A stretch of DNA of 64,000 nt, from contig CP145409.1 of the NCBI GenBank assembly GCA_036867785.1, forward strand, positions 1,240,001-1,304,000, in the 5' to 3' direction. Below, in pieces: positions 47,938 to 60,761 of this stretch. The stretch is from Plasmodiophora brassicae. Lineage: Eukaryota. Within the stretch, counting starts at the first letter, position 1. Every line of letters starts with the position of its first letter. Below the pieces are notes generated by a model. The model was given only the letters and a program-made list of their open reading frames with translations, ran no database searches and was not told where the DNA came from. A program made the translations under genes and the position numbers.

Positions 47938-48600
47938 ATGGCTCCCCCGGCGTCGCAGCGGACCGGCACCAAACGGAAGTTGAAGTCTGCCTCAGGCAAG
48001 CTTGGTTCTAGTGTCAAGCGGCACACGAAACCCGATAAGGATGCCAAGCCGAAGCATGTGTCGTTCAAGAACCAGATCCGGAGCCTGCGACGGTTGCTGT
48101 CGAAACCTGATCTCCCCGATGACGTCCGCGCGTTGAAACAGGCTCAGATCGATGAGCTTGAAGGCAAAATGAATGCGGCGGCTACGACCGAAAAGCATCG
48201 TCAACGTCATGCCAAAACGAAACCGGTGCGGTTCTTTGAGAGGCGCAAGGCTGAACGGATTCTTTCGAAGACTAAACGTGCCTTGGAGGCGCTACCCTCT
48301 ACTGAAGATGGCGACGCGCGCCTGGCAGCTGTCAAACGCGTTGAGGAGGCAACAATGGATGTAAACTACGTCAAGCACTTCCCGATCAACAAGAAGTACA
48401 TCTCGCTCTATGCCAAAGGCGAACGGAAGGATCCGAAGGCATTGTCCAAGATCCAGCGCATCCGGCAACGGGTCGCTGACGAGCTTCGTGCTCGCGCCGA
48501 GGAACGCGCCGCCAACGCGCAGACGCACGAGTCCGACGATGACGACGACGAGCCGGTTACGTTCGACGACGACTTCTTCCTCGAGTCTGATACCGAATAA
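47938..48600 (+). CDS. EFG1: rRNA-processing protein Efg1
   Basis: KNQIRSLRRLL, VRFFERRK, DVNYVKHFP..KYISLY, acidic DDFF tail. Confidence 0.88.
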   Translation: MAPPASQRTGTKRKLKSASGKLGSSVKRHTKPDKDAKPKHVSFKNQIRSLRRLLSKPDLPDDVRALKQAQIDELEGKMNAAATTEKHRQRHAKTKPVRFFERRKAERILSKTKRALEALPSTEDGDARLAAVKRVEEATMDVNYVKHFPINKKYISLYAKGERKDPKALSKIQRIRQRVADELRARAEERAANAQTHESDDDDDEPVTFDDDFFLESDTE

Positions 48601-48614
48601 TAATACATGTCGTG

Positions 48615-49283
48615 TTAACGTATAACTGTGGCCAGCCCGGATCAGCACGATGCCCTTCCTAGTTGGTACCGAGCGCGAACAGTCACCCTGGCGTCCAACG
48701 GCCGCTCCAGGTCATGTATCCACCCGTGCCCGTCTTGTTGGAGCGTTTCGCGAAGAGAATCGTCCCCGAACGGGTTCACCCCTGTATCGTCATCCTGGAA
48801 ATCGTCCTCAATGCTGACCGCAGCGACGTCCGGCAACGGCTCTTCATCCTGTACGACATGATTTAGCGTTCCCGAGCGACGAGAATGTCACCTTACATGG
48901 TCGGATCCATCCAGGACGCCTTCGATATCGCTGCGCCATTCGTCGGAAAGGATAGCGTCCGGGTCCAGCACCTGTTCGGCGTCGGACACCCATTCGGACT
49001 CGTCAGCGGCAGCGATCGACCGTTTCAGCTGCTCCAATTCAGAGCGGCACTGGGCGAGTTGCGCCTCCGATTCGGCCAGCGCCCTGGCCAGCCTGACCGT
49101 CTCCCCATCCTTGTTGCGCTTTCCCTTCACCTGGTGTCGGGCACGGGCCAGCTGCCGGCGCAGCGTTCGACGATCGCGAAACGACAACTGTCCCGCCTGA
49201 CGTCTATGGTCCACCAACATTCGTGCAGGACCTCAAGCACCGCCCGACAACCTCGGCTTACGTCGCCAGTGACAGTGGCCATG
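48615..49283 (-). CDS. Hypothetical coiled-coil/acidic protein
   Basis: MATVTGD|AGQLSFRDRR joined across a GTAAGC...CAG intron; further exons to ~48615. Confidence 0.5.
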
Positions 49284-49390
49284 ACAGGGGGCTCCCGTCG
49301 GTGGATTTCCAATCCTGAGAGAGTGGCCGCCCCCCCTCCCGCTGCCTGTTTGCGTTTCACATCCTGATCGCCACATGTAACACGTAACGG

Positions 49391-49483
49391 GCACCAGTCA
49401 GCGGCGGTGACATGTCCCGTCTGCAGCGCGACAGACAGTGCAGTGGCGCACCAGTCAGCGGCGGGTGACATGTTCCGCCTGCA
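49391..49483. repeat. Imperfect ~36-bp direct repeat in a divergent promoter region
   Basis: gcaccagtcagcggcggtgacatgtcccgtctgcag and gcaccagtcagcggcgggtgacatgttccgcctgcag. Confidence 0.8.
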
Positions 49484-49557
49484 GTTGCAGTGCGACAGCC
49501 CCACGGAACGTCGGAGCGATCTGGCGGCGCGCGACGCCGCAGCTGCACTGGTGGCCG

Positions 49558-51060
49558 ATGATCACAGTGGGGCGCGGCCGGTGGGTGGCGATCGGCCTGC
49601 TGGCGGCGCACGAGCTGATGCTGCACTCGGGGTACGGCAACACGATGCTGTACCAGCAGGGCGGGCTGTTCGGCCAGGACTACGTACAGGATTTCATGAA
49701 CAGCGCGGCGCGCCCGCTGGTGCAGATCGCGTCGCGCCTAGATGCTCCGCAGGCGATGACGCAGCTTGCTCTGCTGACAGTCCGGCATGACCGGCGCGTC
49801 GTTGACTTCCTGGCCGAGCAGCTGCATCCGTCGACGTTCAAGCGCATCGCTACGCGCCCGGGCGGCCTACATGTTATCAAGAACATGACGCAAAGCGCAA
49901 CGGCCGACCGGGAACGCGTCCGCCACGTGCTGCAATCGGCGGGCGTCCTGGACGTTCTCGCTCAGACGGTCATATCGGCCACTCGACCTGCGGTTCAGGC
50001 GATGACCCGTTCCGACAAGCGAGCTGGGTTTCAGTATTTCTCGTCGGTGAATACCTCCCTGGACATTCTCGCCGACCTAATGCTGCATACTGGTCGGCGA
50101 GTGCTCTCGCTCATTACGTGCCTAAACGATGACTGGCGTTTCAGGGCTACTGCGCGATCTGGACACGGATTTCGATCGATGCTTTCAGAACGGAGAGCAG
50201 ATTCGGCAATCGCTTCGTGGCGGGCTGCCGCCGGCCGAGTCGCTTCTCCATGTCATGCAGGAGAATTCCCTGACGCGAAACTCCCTCATCCGTGCGAAAC
50301 AATCGGAAAGCGCTCTGGCGCGATTGCACCGGGCCAAAGGACACGACGTTCAACGTCTGTCTTCCAAACGTCGTCAGGCGACAATTGAACTGAGCCCTGC
50401 TGTCGCTTTCGTGTTTGGACGATTCATGACAGCGACACTTGGCGCCCTGTCGTTTGGTATCGGGTACAACATTGCGATAAGCCTTGGGAAACGACTGCAC
50501 GTCTTGAAACGAATTTCGATCATGGGCCTTGTCGCGTCATCGTGCGCGTGGGTCTTATGGAACGACCTGTTCATCTCCTGGCACATATTCTTTGACAGAA
50601 CAACATTCCCAATGTTCGATAGGTAACCATTCCCCACACGGATGCACGTTGCTAATGGTTAGTTATTCATTCCTTCGTGCTCTCCTAGGAGAACGCGACG
50701 TGGTCGTCAAATGGATGCACTGTGGTCGCAACTGTGCCAGTCCGTTCATTTCCTGGGGAACTGCGCGCTTCTCGCCTGGTGTCCCGCTGGGTTCATCCCA
50801 TACGCTGCCATCAGCGCCCATCACTTCTTCGTCGAAATCGACCTTCTCAGACGTGCCGTCTTCGCCACCACCGGTCGACGGACGCCGTTCTGAAACCACC
50901 GCCATTATGCTAATATACGCATATCCCATCTGGACTGCTCTTAGGGCGGGGGCACGACGTACGTGATGTGTTACTCGCAGCTGGTGCTGCCGCCGGGCCT
51001 GGCTGGCAGTGGCGCCTGGCGGGGAGCCGTCTGGCTGGACTCTGCGCGCAGTCCGCAATT
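49558..51060 (+). CDS. Hypothetical helical/membrane protein (multi-exon, end uncertain)
   Basis: Successive + ORFs 49438-50388 and 50129-50626 with hydrophobic segments. Confidence 0.45.
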
Positions 51061-51075
51061 GACGGTGACGGCGCG

Positions 51076-52727
51076 ATGGTGTCGCCGGACGTCGAGGACG
51101 CGCGTGCTGCCCAGGAGCGCGTCAAGAACGGCGATGGTAGGATACGTTTCGTCGGCGGCGCGACCTGCGTGCCGTACTGATCGTGTTGTGCGCGCGCAGA
51201 GAGCCAGGTCGGCATGACGCCGCTGAAGCGGCAGGAGGTCAAACTGTCCGATTCGCAGTTGACGCTCAGGCCCGCCGAACGCTTCGAAGACCTGCCGCTG
51301 TACGTTCGCGGTGCACGCCACCGCACCGCGATCATACGTCCTGATTGGAGTTGTTGTTGCAGGAGGCCGGAGTTGCTCCAAGGCATCGCGAAAATGAACT
51401 GGACTGTTCCGTCGCCGATTCAGGCGAAGGCACTGCCACACTTGCTTGTCGAAAAGTGTGTCTGCGTAGTTTATTCGTCGCTCTGTCGTATCTGAGCCTT
51501 GTTTCCAGTGCGCAGAACTTGATCGCCCAGGCTCCAGCGGGGACGGGGAAGACGGCCGCGTTCGTTCTGGCCATGCTGCACCGAATCGACGAATCGGTGC
51601 AGAGCCCGCAGGCGATTGTCATATGCCCGACGCGCGAGCTGTCGAAGCAGAACGCGGACGTGACGAACGCGCTGGCGCAGTTCACGAAGATTTCCGTATT
51701 CACCGCGCTCCCTGATACGACCATCGGTCTGCAGACCATCAAGCAGCAGGTCGTGGTCGGCGCCCCTGGCTCGCTGATGAAGTTGATCCGCGCCCGGGTC
51801 CTCGACCTGAGCAAGGTTGTTGTCTGCGTCATTGACGAGGCCGACGAGATGATCAAGCAGAGCGAGTCTGGACCACCGGGTCCTTCGTACGTGTCGAATG
51901 CGTTGCGGATCGTGCTCTGTCCCCAGGCGACTCATTGAGTGTGCGTGTCTTCCAGTGTGTCAGGAATGAGTGTCGACACGAGCAAGATCGTATCGTATCT
52001 GAACCGAGCGAGCTGCCACATCATGCTGTTCTCGGCGACGTTCCCGACCAAGGTCCGCGATTACGCCTTGAAGGTCGCTGCGCCGAACCCGTTCAAGATC
52101 ACGGTTAGTGTGAAGAACCTGACGCTGCCGCACATCAAACATTTCGAAATCCCATGCCCGACGCCGTCGTTCAAGTTCGACATCATGTGCGCCCTGTTCA
52201 AGATCATGAACGTGGGACAGTCGATCATCTTCGTCAACACGAGGCGGAACGCGACCGAATTGTACAATCAGCTCGAGGCGGCCGGGTACAAGTGCTCCCT
52301 GATCCACGGCGAAGTCAGCATCGAGGAGCGTGACCGTGTCATCCAGACGTTCCGGGCGCTGGAGACGTCGGTGCTGGTCACAACGGATCTTTTGAACCGT
52401 GGATTCGACGTCCCCGAGGTGTCGTGCGTCGTCAACTATGACATTCCGAACATCCGGGGTCAGTCGCTCGCCGAATCGTACTACCATCGTACGGGACGCG
52501 CGGGACGATTCGGCAGGCCGGGTATCGCCGTCAACCTGATCTGCTCCGCTGTCGACGAAGCCGTCTTCGAGGAGATCAAGCAGACGTTCAGCGTTTCGCC
52601 GATCAAGATCACGGCGACCACCGAGCAAGAGCTATACGAATTCCTACTGCCGTACGTCCAGGAGGCGGAAGCCGAGCTCGACCTGGCGCCCGGCGGCAAC
52701 GCCCCCGCACCGACACCCACCTCCTGA
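51076..52727 (+). CDS. DBP5: DEAD-box RNA helicase DBP5/DDX19
   Basis: PSPIQAKALP, NLIAQAPAGTGKTAAF, PTREL, DEAD, SAT, GQSIIF, HRTGRAGRFGR. Confidence 0.85.
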
Positions 52728-53058
52728 ACCTACCCAGCCAACCCCTTTTCCATATAAATCGTCGTCGATAACGCTCCTGCGTCTATATTGCACTCACGAC
52801 GTGCAGTACGTTCCAAGGTACCGCAATCGTTCCTAGTGCAGACAGCAGTCCGACGGGGTGCACAATGCCCCAGCGTGCGTACGCCCGAGTGCAGTTCGCA
52901 CCGTCGTGAACTGCCTCTGGGTGCGCGTTCAAATGCAGTTCACACTCCGTTGCGACACACGTTCGCGATTCTGCGGACACAAATCCAACACGGCGGCTTG
53001 ACGTAATTGCGACGATCGCCTGGTACCCTGGACCTAACCGGGCGAGTTGCAAGGCGGC

Positions 53059-56000
53059 ATGTCGTCGCCAAGCATCGTCCCTCCCCTGCAACTGAATCTG
53101 TTGATCGGGCCTGCCGGTCGCGACCCGCCACCGTATGCTCTATCCGACGCCGACACCGCCCTGGCGGAACCATTCCAGGGGCTAACACCACGACCGAACC
53201 GCCGCCTCTCCGTCCTGCGATCTCATCGACGATCGTTGTCCGGCCAGCGGAGTATCGGGTCGTTAACGCCTCCCCTCCTCTTCCCGTTAGCCACATACCG
53301 AGGGCCGGAACCTGTTGACCGACAACGTTCGATGTTGCAATGGGGCCCAGTTAACGACAATAATACGCCCGAGTCTCCTCTTCACGTTCGATCCTTGGCG
53401 AAAGCCGTTGTCGTGGTCCCCGATGGCGGCGCTGCTCCCCATCTGGCCATGGCCGTCCCGGCGGCCGCTAACCTGGCCGACGGCGAGCGCACACGTCTGT
53501 CGGAGCAGAAACGGGTCCCCGTCACGGATCGCCCACCGCCCACGAAACGTCATCGTCTTCGGCTGCCGCGACCGAATTCAGCGGAGCTCGCCAGGAAGAT
53601 GGACGCGTTCGTGCGACCGGAAGGTCGCGTTCCCGATGAGCTCATCCCTGGCCGGACCCATGGCAGTCGTAGCAGTCGGCATCTGCCATTGACAAGGGTA
53701 ACCCCGGGAGGACACTGTACGATTCGGATGGGGGTTCATTGTAACGCGTCGTACAGGAGAAGGCGCAGGCCCAACGACGTGAGGTGGTCACGCTGTCGAC
53801 CTGGTTCGAGAAGAAGCTCGCGATGGCGAACGATATCAAGGACGACGGCGACCGCGACAAGTTCATCGCGTCCGTCCTGGAGACGGCGTTAAGCGACCTG
53901 ATCCGGCAGGTGACGGCGCACACGTCCGAGCGGGGCACGCTCCTGGCCGACCTGTGCACCCAAGAGCGCCGCGTCCGACAACGGATCATGGACAGGGCCA
54001 TGCGGCAGGAGCTGGACAGCGCCAGGACGGAGTATCGAGCGCGCTTGCTGGCGATCAGCTCGCAGCAGCAGGCGGACGCGGCTGTGCTGGCTGATGAGAG
54101 GTTACGGATCTGGCAGGAATGCGAGGAGCTTCGTGGGCACCTGGTGCAACGAGAGCAGATGCTGTCGACGATGCAGACGCAGATGGAGGAGGAGGTGTCG
54201 AAGCGCGACGACGCCCTCAAGGTGCAGCAGCGCGCCGCTCGACAGATGGAGGTCGCCCTGGAAGACCTATCGGTGAAGCTAGCCGACCTGATGGACGGTC
54301 GCACGGCCATGCAGCGAGCGTTGCAGGCCGCGAACGAGACGATCGCCCAGCGCGACCTCGACCTGAAGTTCGCCAGGGAATGGCAGGCGAAAGTCGACGC
54401 GAAGCCCACACCCGGCAGCAGGAAGCTGTCCAGGCTTCAGTCCATCAAGGTACAGGATCTGCCAACGGTTCCGGATGAGGAAGGCGCTCAGGCTGCCATC
54501 GAGGTACGACCCGTCAACCGCTATTACCCGCCTCCCGCTACTGATCTGCAACGCACAGTCGATTCTGCGACCGGGCGTCGATATCGAAACGGCAGCGAGT
54601 GCCGCCATCCGAATCCAGCGTCTCGTACGCGGCAACCTGTCGCGTCGTAAGACCGAGCAAGGGTCGGAAGCGATGGCGCAGTCGACAAAGGCACCCGAGC
54701 CGGCAGCGGCTGCCGAGACAGGCGAGGTCCCGGAACCGCTTCGCAGGTTGTTCCAGTGCGCGCCCGAGGTACATGCTGCGCGCGCGTGGACGCACCTCTC
54801 GCGCTGATCCGCCAGGCACGCAGGTGCACGCGTCGCACTTCCGCCAGGAGATCCCCCGCGCCAAGCTGCTGAAGTGGACGAACCAGGTCATGCTCGTCAA
54901 GGGCGACTACGACTGGCACTATGCGCGTCGCGGCCTCGTGCCGCTGTCGTTCCCCGAGGTCGTCTACGACTACTACCTGTCCCAGCACAGCCTCCGCGAC
55001 AGGTACAAGCGCGCGCAGCGACGGACTGCGCGACTGCAACACTGACGGCGTCCCGCAGTGCGGAACTGGACCTGATGGACCTGGCGTACAACCTGAACCG
55101 GTATCGAGCCGACAGCGCCCGCATCCGCATGTTCCTGCGCTTCGTGTCCGGGCCCGCCCCCCAGCGCGTCGTCGACGCGGCGCTGACCGTGCACGAGGCC
55201 CTGCGATTGTACGCGGCCGGGCCGTTCGACTGCATCGTGGACAACTGCCAGGGCGTTTGCTGGGTCGACGTCGACACCGTCTGCGATGTCGTCTCCCGGC
55301 TGTTGCACCAGTTCGACAGCGAAGCCCTGGACGGCCTGCAGCGGAACCTACGTGCACGGTCGAAGGTCCTGAGCGTGGCGCGAAGTTTCACGTCGCCGAC
55401 CACGACGGCCTACAAGGGGACCGACCAGTTCATGGACCTGGACGACTGCATCGAGATCATCTGGGACGCTTTGCGCGCCGAGGACGACCGCCTGTCGAGC
55501 GAGTTGCAGGCCGCTCTGCACCAGCACGCCGTCAAGTACGTCGACGGGCGCAGCGACGTCGTCCTGACGCTGAACGACTTCGAGGTCGTCATCCACCAGA
55601 TCGACATCAACGTCACCGACCTGCACATCCTGCAGATGTACCGGGAGGCGGGCAATGCCGCTCGGGGCCGGCCCATCACGATCGCCGACCTGCGCGTCGC
55701 GGCCCGATCGCTGGGCATCCTCCCCATTCCGTTGGACGTCAGCGAGTTCCCTCGGTTGATGGCGTACCGCATCCAACGAGGAGACGACATCGTCATGAAA
55801 CATCGCCATGAGCCGTCCCAGGATGCGGTCGGACGTGCCGACAGTGTTAGTGACGCTGGCAGCAGCGAGAGATCGTCCCGGAAGGGCAAGGACGGCGCCG
55901 AGGATGTCGCCCTGATGCAGAAGAAGCTGGCGGCGATGCGGGAGAAGGTGGTCGACACGGGCAACGCGTGGAAGGCGAAGCTGGAGCGCATGCAGGAGAA

Positions 56001-56805
56001 GTACGACCTGGTGGCGTCGAAGCTCCGACAGGAGTACGAGGCGAAACTGGACACTCTCGCCGAGCAGGAGAAGACGGCGACCGAGGAGCACATCGCGGCG
56101 CTGGTCGCGACGCACAACGCCAAGCTCCAGCTGTGCTTCGAGAAGTTCGAGCAGAAGCGGTCGCTGATGGAGAAGGCGGCCGACGACCTGAAGCAGAAGC
56201 TGCGGGAGGTCCAGAGCGAGTTCAGGAAGATGGCCAACGAGTGGTCGTCGGAGAAGGAGCACCTGTACGCCGCCATCGACTCGCTGACGACCAAGCTGTC
56301 CAGCGAGGTCGACAACGCCGCCGCGATGACCCGGGTCGTCCGGGCGAGGACGGCGGACGCCCTGGGCACGCTGGCCAAGTCCACCGACGTCATGTCCCGT
56401 CAGCTGCACCAGGCGACGCTGGCGATGGAGCGCAGCCGGATGTCGGAAGAGGACATGCGCACGCGGATGGTGGCCCAGGCCGTCCGCCTGGCCAACGAGG
56501 CGACGTTGCTGCGCCGAGGGAAGCAAGGGACGACGCTGACATCGATACGGGACCAGGCGACGACGACACCGACGACGACGACGACGACCAGGCTGCCCGG
56601 CAGGTCCCGGCAGGGGTCGCAGCCGCAGACGCCCATGATGTCCCGGATGTCGTCGCTCGTGTCCAGCGTGCCGCCGATCAGCAGCGTCGAGTTCGACGGC
56701 GGCGCCGCCGGCAGCAGCGATGTGCCGTCCAGGTCGCAGAGCAGACGCATCTCGATCGACAGCGACAACGTCGCCGGCGGGGCACAACCGCCCGTCAATG
56801 AATGA
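53059..56805 (+). CDS. Large coiled-coil protein with IQ motif and EF-hand-like segments
   Basis: Exons 53059-, 53784-, 54560- (AAIRIQRLVRGNLSRR), 55060-56805; long heptad regions. Confidence 0.65.
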
Positions 56806-56849
56806 ACCGAAACGGTATTGCGGTCATGTTGGATCATCAGGCGCGGTCC

Positions 56850-57110
56850 CAGAGCAGGCCCCAGCACGTCGTCAGGCAGGTCAGGCGGTCCTCGTCGTCG
56901 TTGACAGGTGGGCGCGGGTGCGTCCGCATGTCCACGTCGAGCATGAACGAGACGTCAGGGATGTCAAAGGCCATGGCTCATTCCATTGCCGTCTTGCCGC
57001 GCCGGCCACGGGCGTAGACGTTGATCCCAGGTGCATTCAGCAGCAGCGCGACGCCACTGCGCCTCGAGCCCCATCGCCTCCAGCCCGTACGTTCTCCACA
57101 GGGCAACACG
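56850..57110 (-). pseudogene. Decayed ankyrin-effector fragment
   Basis: VALLLNAPGINVYARGRRGKTAME*AMAF...DMRTHPRP aligns with the last ANK and tail of the neighbouring gene; TGA sits at the conserved Trp. Confidence 0.6.
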
Positions 57111-57295
57111 GTCGACCTGCTGACGCGACCCGTTAGTCGTTGACCACGACAGGATCGCTGGTTGACATTACGCTGCCCTCCTGCTGCACACTCGTAGCAT
57201 TGACGAACTGAACGACCCGTTCCAAGTCGGCACGGGCGACGCCGTGCACGACCATCGTTAGACATGTATTGTCCAGATGGGCGCACGCGTTCGTA

Positions 57296-58237
57296 TCACG
57301 AGCTGGTCGTCCTCAACAGGTTCCGTAAGCTGCCGCTGAACCGCCTGGCCACGCCGGCGATGCGTCGGGCAAGTTCAGGCTCGGGGTGCTCCTTCATATG
57401 TGCCTCGATCTGCGCAGCGATTCTGTCGAACAGGTAGAGGCGAGCCCAGTCCAACGCCGTCCTGCCCTGGCCGTCCCTCACGTAGGCGTTGATCTTGCCC
57501 TCGGCTCGCAGCAGCGATAGGATAACGTTGCCCCGTCCTTCTATCGCAGCCTTGTGCAGCGGTGTCACGTCCTCGTCGTCCTGCGCATTGACATCGATAT
57601 CCGAGTCCTTTACGAGCAGCGTGACCAGGTCATTGTGCCCGTTCTCAGCGGCCAGGTGAAGCGGCGACCTGCCCGAACTGTCGCGTGCGTTGACAATGAT
57701 GCCAGTGGATCCCAGGAGATGCCGGGCGATCTGCGAATATCCCTGCTCAGCTGCCCAGTGCAGCGGTGTCTTCCCGCCAGAGTCTTGGACGTTGGCGTTA
57801 ATCCCATGGAGAACGCGAACGAGCAACCTGACAACCGATTCTTGGCGACAGCGCACGGCCCAGTGCAATACGTTCCTGTACTCGGCGTCCCACCGTGCGT
57901 AGTTGACTAAGTCAGACGGGCCTCCCAGGGCGATCAGCTCGGCAATGCGCTCGACGATGGCGTTCTTGTCCTCGGTGTCGGCCGCCCGACGCAGCACTGC
58001 CATGGCGGTCATATTGTTGATGGACTCCACGATCAGCTTCATCTCGGCGTAGTCGACGTAAGACGGGATCGTGGACGCGTTGTCGTCGCCAAACTCCTCG
58101 GTCATGACGTCGGCGGACGTGCTGGCGTCGTCATGGTCCTCGTCGTCATTAGCGCGCACGGTGAAGCCATTGCGAGTGGCGATCAGGATGAACGACGACA
58201 CAATAAGCCAGGCTGGGGCGCGGTTGCCGAACGACAT
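57296..58237 (-). CDS. Secreted ankyrin-repeat protein
   Basis: Hydrophobic N-terminus; about 5 ANK repeats (GKTPLHWAA, GRSPLHLAA, VTPLHKAA, GRTALDWA). Confidence 0.88.
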   Translation of the reverse strand: MSFGNRAPAWLIVSSFILIATRNGFTVRANDDEDHDDASTSADVMTEEFGDDNASTIPSYVDYAEMKLIVESINNMTAMAVLRRAADTEDKNAIVERIAELIALGGPSDLVNYARWDAEYRNVLHWAVRCRQESVVRLLVRVLHGINANVQDSGGKTPLHWAAEQGYSQIARHLLGSTGIIVNARDSSGRSPLHLAAENGHNDLVTLLVKDSDIDVNAQDDEDVTPLHKAAIEGRGNVILSLLRAEGKINAYVRDGQGRTALDWARLYLFDRIAAQIEAHMKEHPEPELARRIAGVARRFSGSLRNLLRTTSS

Positions 58238-58882
58238 TCCGGGTCGGGACGCTCGTGGGGTTCGTTAAAACGCCAGCGAGATACCCGTACGAACTTGCAA
58301 AACCAAGTACCGACTGCGAGCGCAGGTCGGCCGACGGCCGGGCTCTGTCAGAGAATTCTGCGCAGCCCGAAACTGCGCCACTGTCTGACTCGGGCCGGCC
58401 CGGGCCCTGCGCCACGGCCGCACCGCAGACCTGCCGACCCCGGGACATCGACGCCCACCTGATCCGCCTACTTACGACTGTGTCAGCAGACGGCAGCAGC
58501 TCCCGTTGGCAGGGCGAGATTTCTGCCCAGTGCCGAGATATCGGAGATTGTGGCCATCGCTTGAGGGCGCAGGAGGAGATTCGCAACCGACAGCGGGGGC
58601 GGTGCAGGCGCGCGCTGATATGGGCGAGCCGCGAGCAGCAGCGTGGATAGGGGCGCGCGCCGACCCGGATATCGCGCACGTTTGCGCGAGGCGACACGCG
58701 GCATCCGGCCATCCCGATAGGTCACATTCCAAATCGATCGCGTTCGAGAAGGTCACCGGGTCCGGAGCCGACAGGTTCGAGAAGACGCTCGAGCGCTTCC
58801 GTGCACCGATGCCGATGATGATGTGGTCGTTCTGCAGGTTGCCCGCCAGTGTGTAAAACGCCTCGCCGAAGACGCCAACGTC

Positions 58883-60649
58883 ATGTCTCCCACGTTCATC
58901 GTTACTGCCGTGCTTGCGATCGCGGCCGCCAACCGGGTCGGTGCGGTCGAACTCGTCACGAAGCCCGAGCTGCTCAACCGGCCAACCTGTAAGGATGGCA
59001 CGAATCCTCCGACGACTACCCTGGGTCTCAACGCTGGCACCCGAAACGGAACAGGTGGAGTCGACCCTGACAACGCCGGCGCTGTGAAAGACTTGGCGAT
59101 TCCAACGCTTGACAGTCGCAAGTACGAGGTCGTCCAAGTGCACGCGTTCCTGAGGCACGGCGACCGGTTCTTCGCCGAGGGAACGTAAGCCATGCTCATC
59201 GGCGCAAACGACATGCCCTCGTGACGCGCGCTATTCTTGCAGGCAATGCTGGCCTGGGCAGCAGAACACCGTCTACGAATGCGACCGTGTGACATCGCTA
59301 TCCCAGCCAACGTCTTCCGGAAAGTTCTGCAAGGTCAGTCGTCGTGAGACGACCCGTTTGTTTGGTCCTCTAAACCCGCTGGTCGCAGTCTCAAGCGGTT
59401 CGATTCCGAGAGCGAAGTCTCGTGTAAGCCTGTCTTGAAACGGGTGTTGGGCCCATCTCACCGTCGCATCACCAGGCACCCGTTCAACGGCACCTGCGAA
59501 GTGGCTCAGCTGACGCTGAAGGGCCTTCGCCAGATGCAAGTCCTCGGCGGCATCTTCAAGGATGCATACGGGGACCGCCTGCTGGGCAACCAGTGCCTGA
59601 AGGACGACAAGGTACGGCCAAGGCAGGTACCGATAACCCGTATCTGACTCGCACCTTGTCAGGTCCAGTTCGAAGTAACCGACTCGGAAAGGACGATTCT
59701 GTCCGGACAGGCGTTCCTGGAGACGATCTTCAAGGACGCGGAACAAGGCCCGTCTTCGGCAATAGATATGTGGACTGTTCCGGCGGCGCCTACGACTGTC
59801 CCGTTCTCGAACCCGTACGCCTGCCCGAGCGCCGGTCCGTTGGCCTCACAGGCAGGACGCTCGACGGCCTTCCTCTCCCATTACATGGGGACGACGCTGC
59901 CCCTGCTCAAGGAACTGGCCGCGATCGCCGGCATGCCTCTGTCCAGCGTCAACCTGCACTGGTTTGACTGTCTGGCCGTTTCGTCCTGCCGGGGGGACCC
60001 AATGCCAGTTGGGATCACCGAGGAGATCATGGACGCCACGTCAGTCGAGGTTCGTCGACTGATGGCCACCTGCTGTGGATCGAGAGCCGGCGACTGACAG
60101 GCCGCAATCAGGGGCTGTTCGAGGTCAACTACCTGAACGGGTTCCCAGATCGGGTTACGGCCGGCCAGGCCACGGTCGGCCCCCTCCTCAGGAACATCAA
60201 CGACAGGATGACGCTGGGCGTCCAGGGCGAAGGCAAGAGCTTCTATGTGTTCAGCGGGCATGATACGACCCCGATGATGATGCTTCTGTCGGCGTTGGGT
60301 AACACCCCGACCCTCTGGCCGCCCTAGTACGTCCCGCTCTGCGTTGGAAATACCACCCATCGCGTTACTAACGACGGCTCCGTTGCAGCGGATCTTACAT
60401 GTCCATCGAGCTGATCCAGTCCAAGAAGGACAGGTCCGCATACTTCGTTCGTTTCGTGTACAACGGCAAAGTCCTTCGGTTCCCGGAGCCGTGCCCGCTC
60501 GACAACGACCTGTGCCCGCTGTCCGCTTTCCAAGAGATGCTCCAGCCCATGATCCCGAGGTACGTAGCGGTCTCGTTTCCTGACTACCGCTCTCCGCTCA
60601 CCTGATCCATCAGCCGTGACGCATGCCCGGACGTCAACTACGAGAACTG
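58883..60649 (+). CDS. Secreted histidine acid phosphatase (branch 2)
   Basis: Signal peptide, RHGDR catalytic motif, QLTLKG..Q, FSGHDTT, VRFVYNG, CPL..F. Confidence 0.88.
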
Positions 60650-60761
60650 ACCAGCTCACATGCGTGCATACAGACGGAGCCACCCAAGTGTCATGTTTAT
60701 ATTTTCTCTTCAATACACAGTGACAGCACTTTGACAAAGATTGGCACGACTCGCGCATTGT

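Noticed and set aside
55348-56787. 479-aa and 327-aa minus-strand ORFs
   Set aside because: Shadows of the GC3-rich coiled-coil gene on the + strand.
56978-56980. TGA as selenocysteine or Trp recoding in the ankyrin relic
   Set aside because: Neighbouring genes use TGA as stop and TGG for Trp, and the rest of the relic is also degraded.
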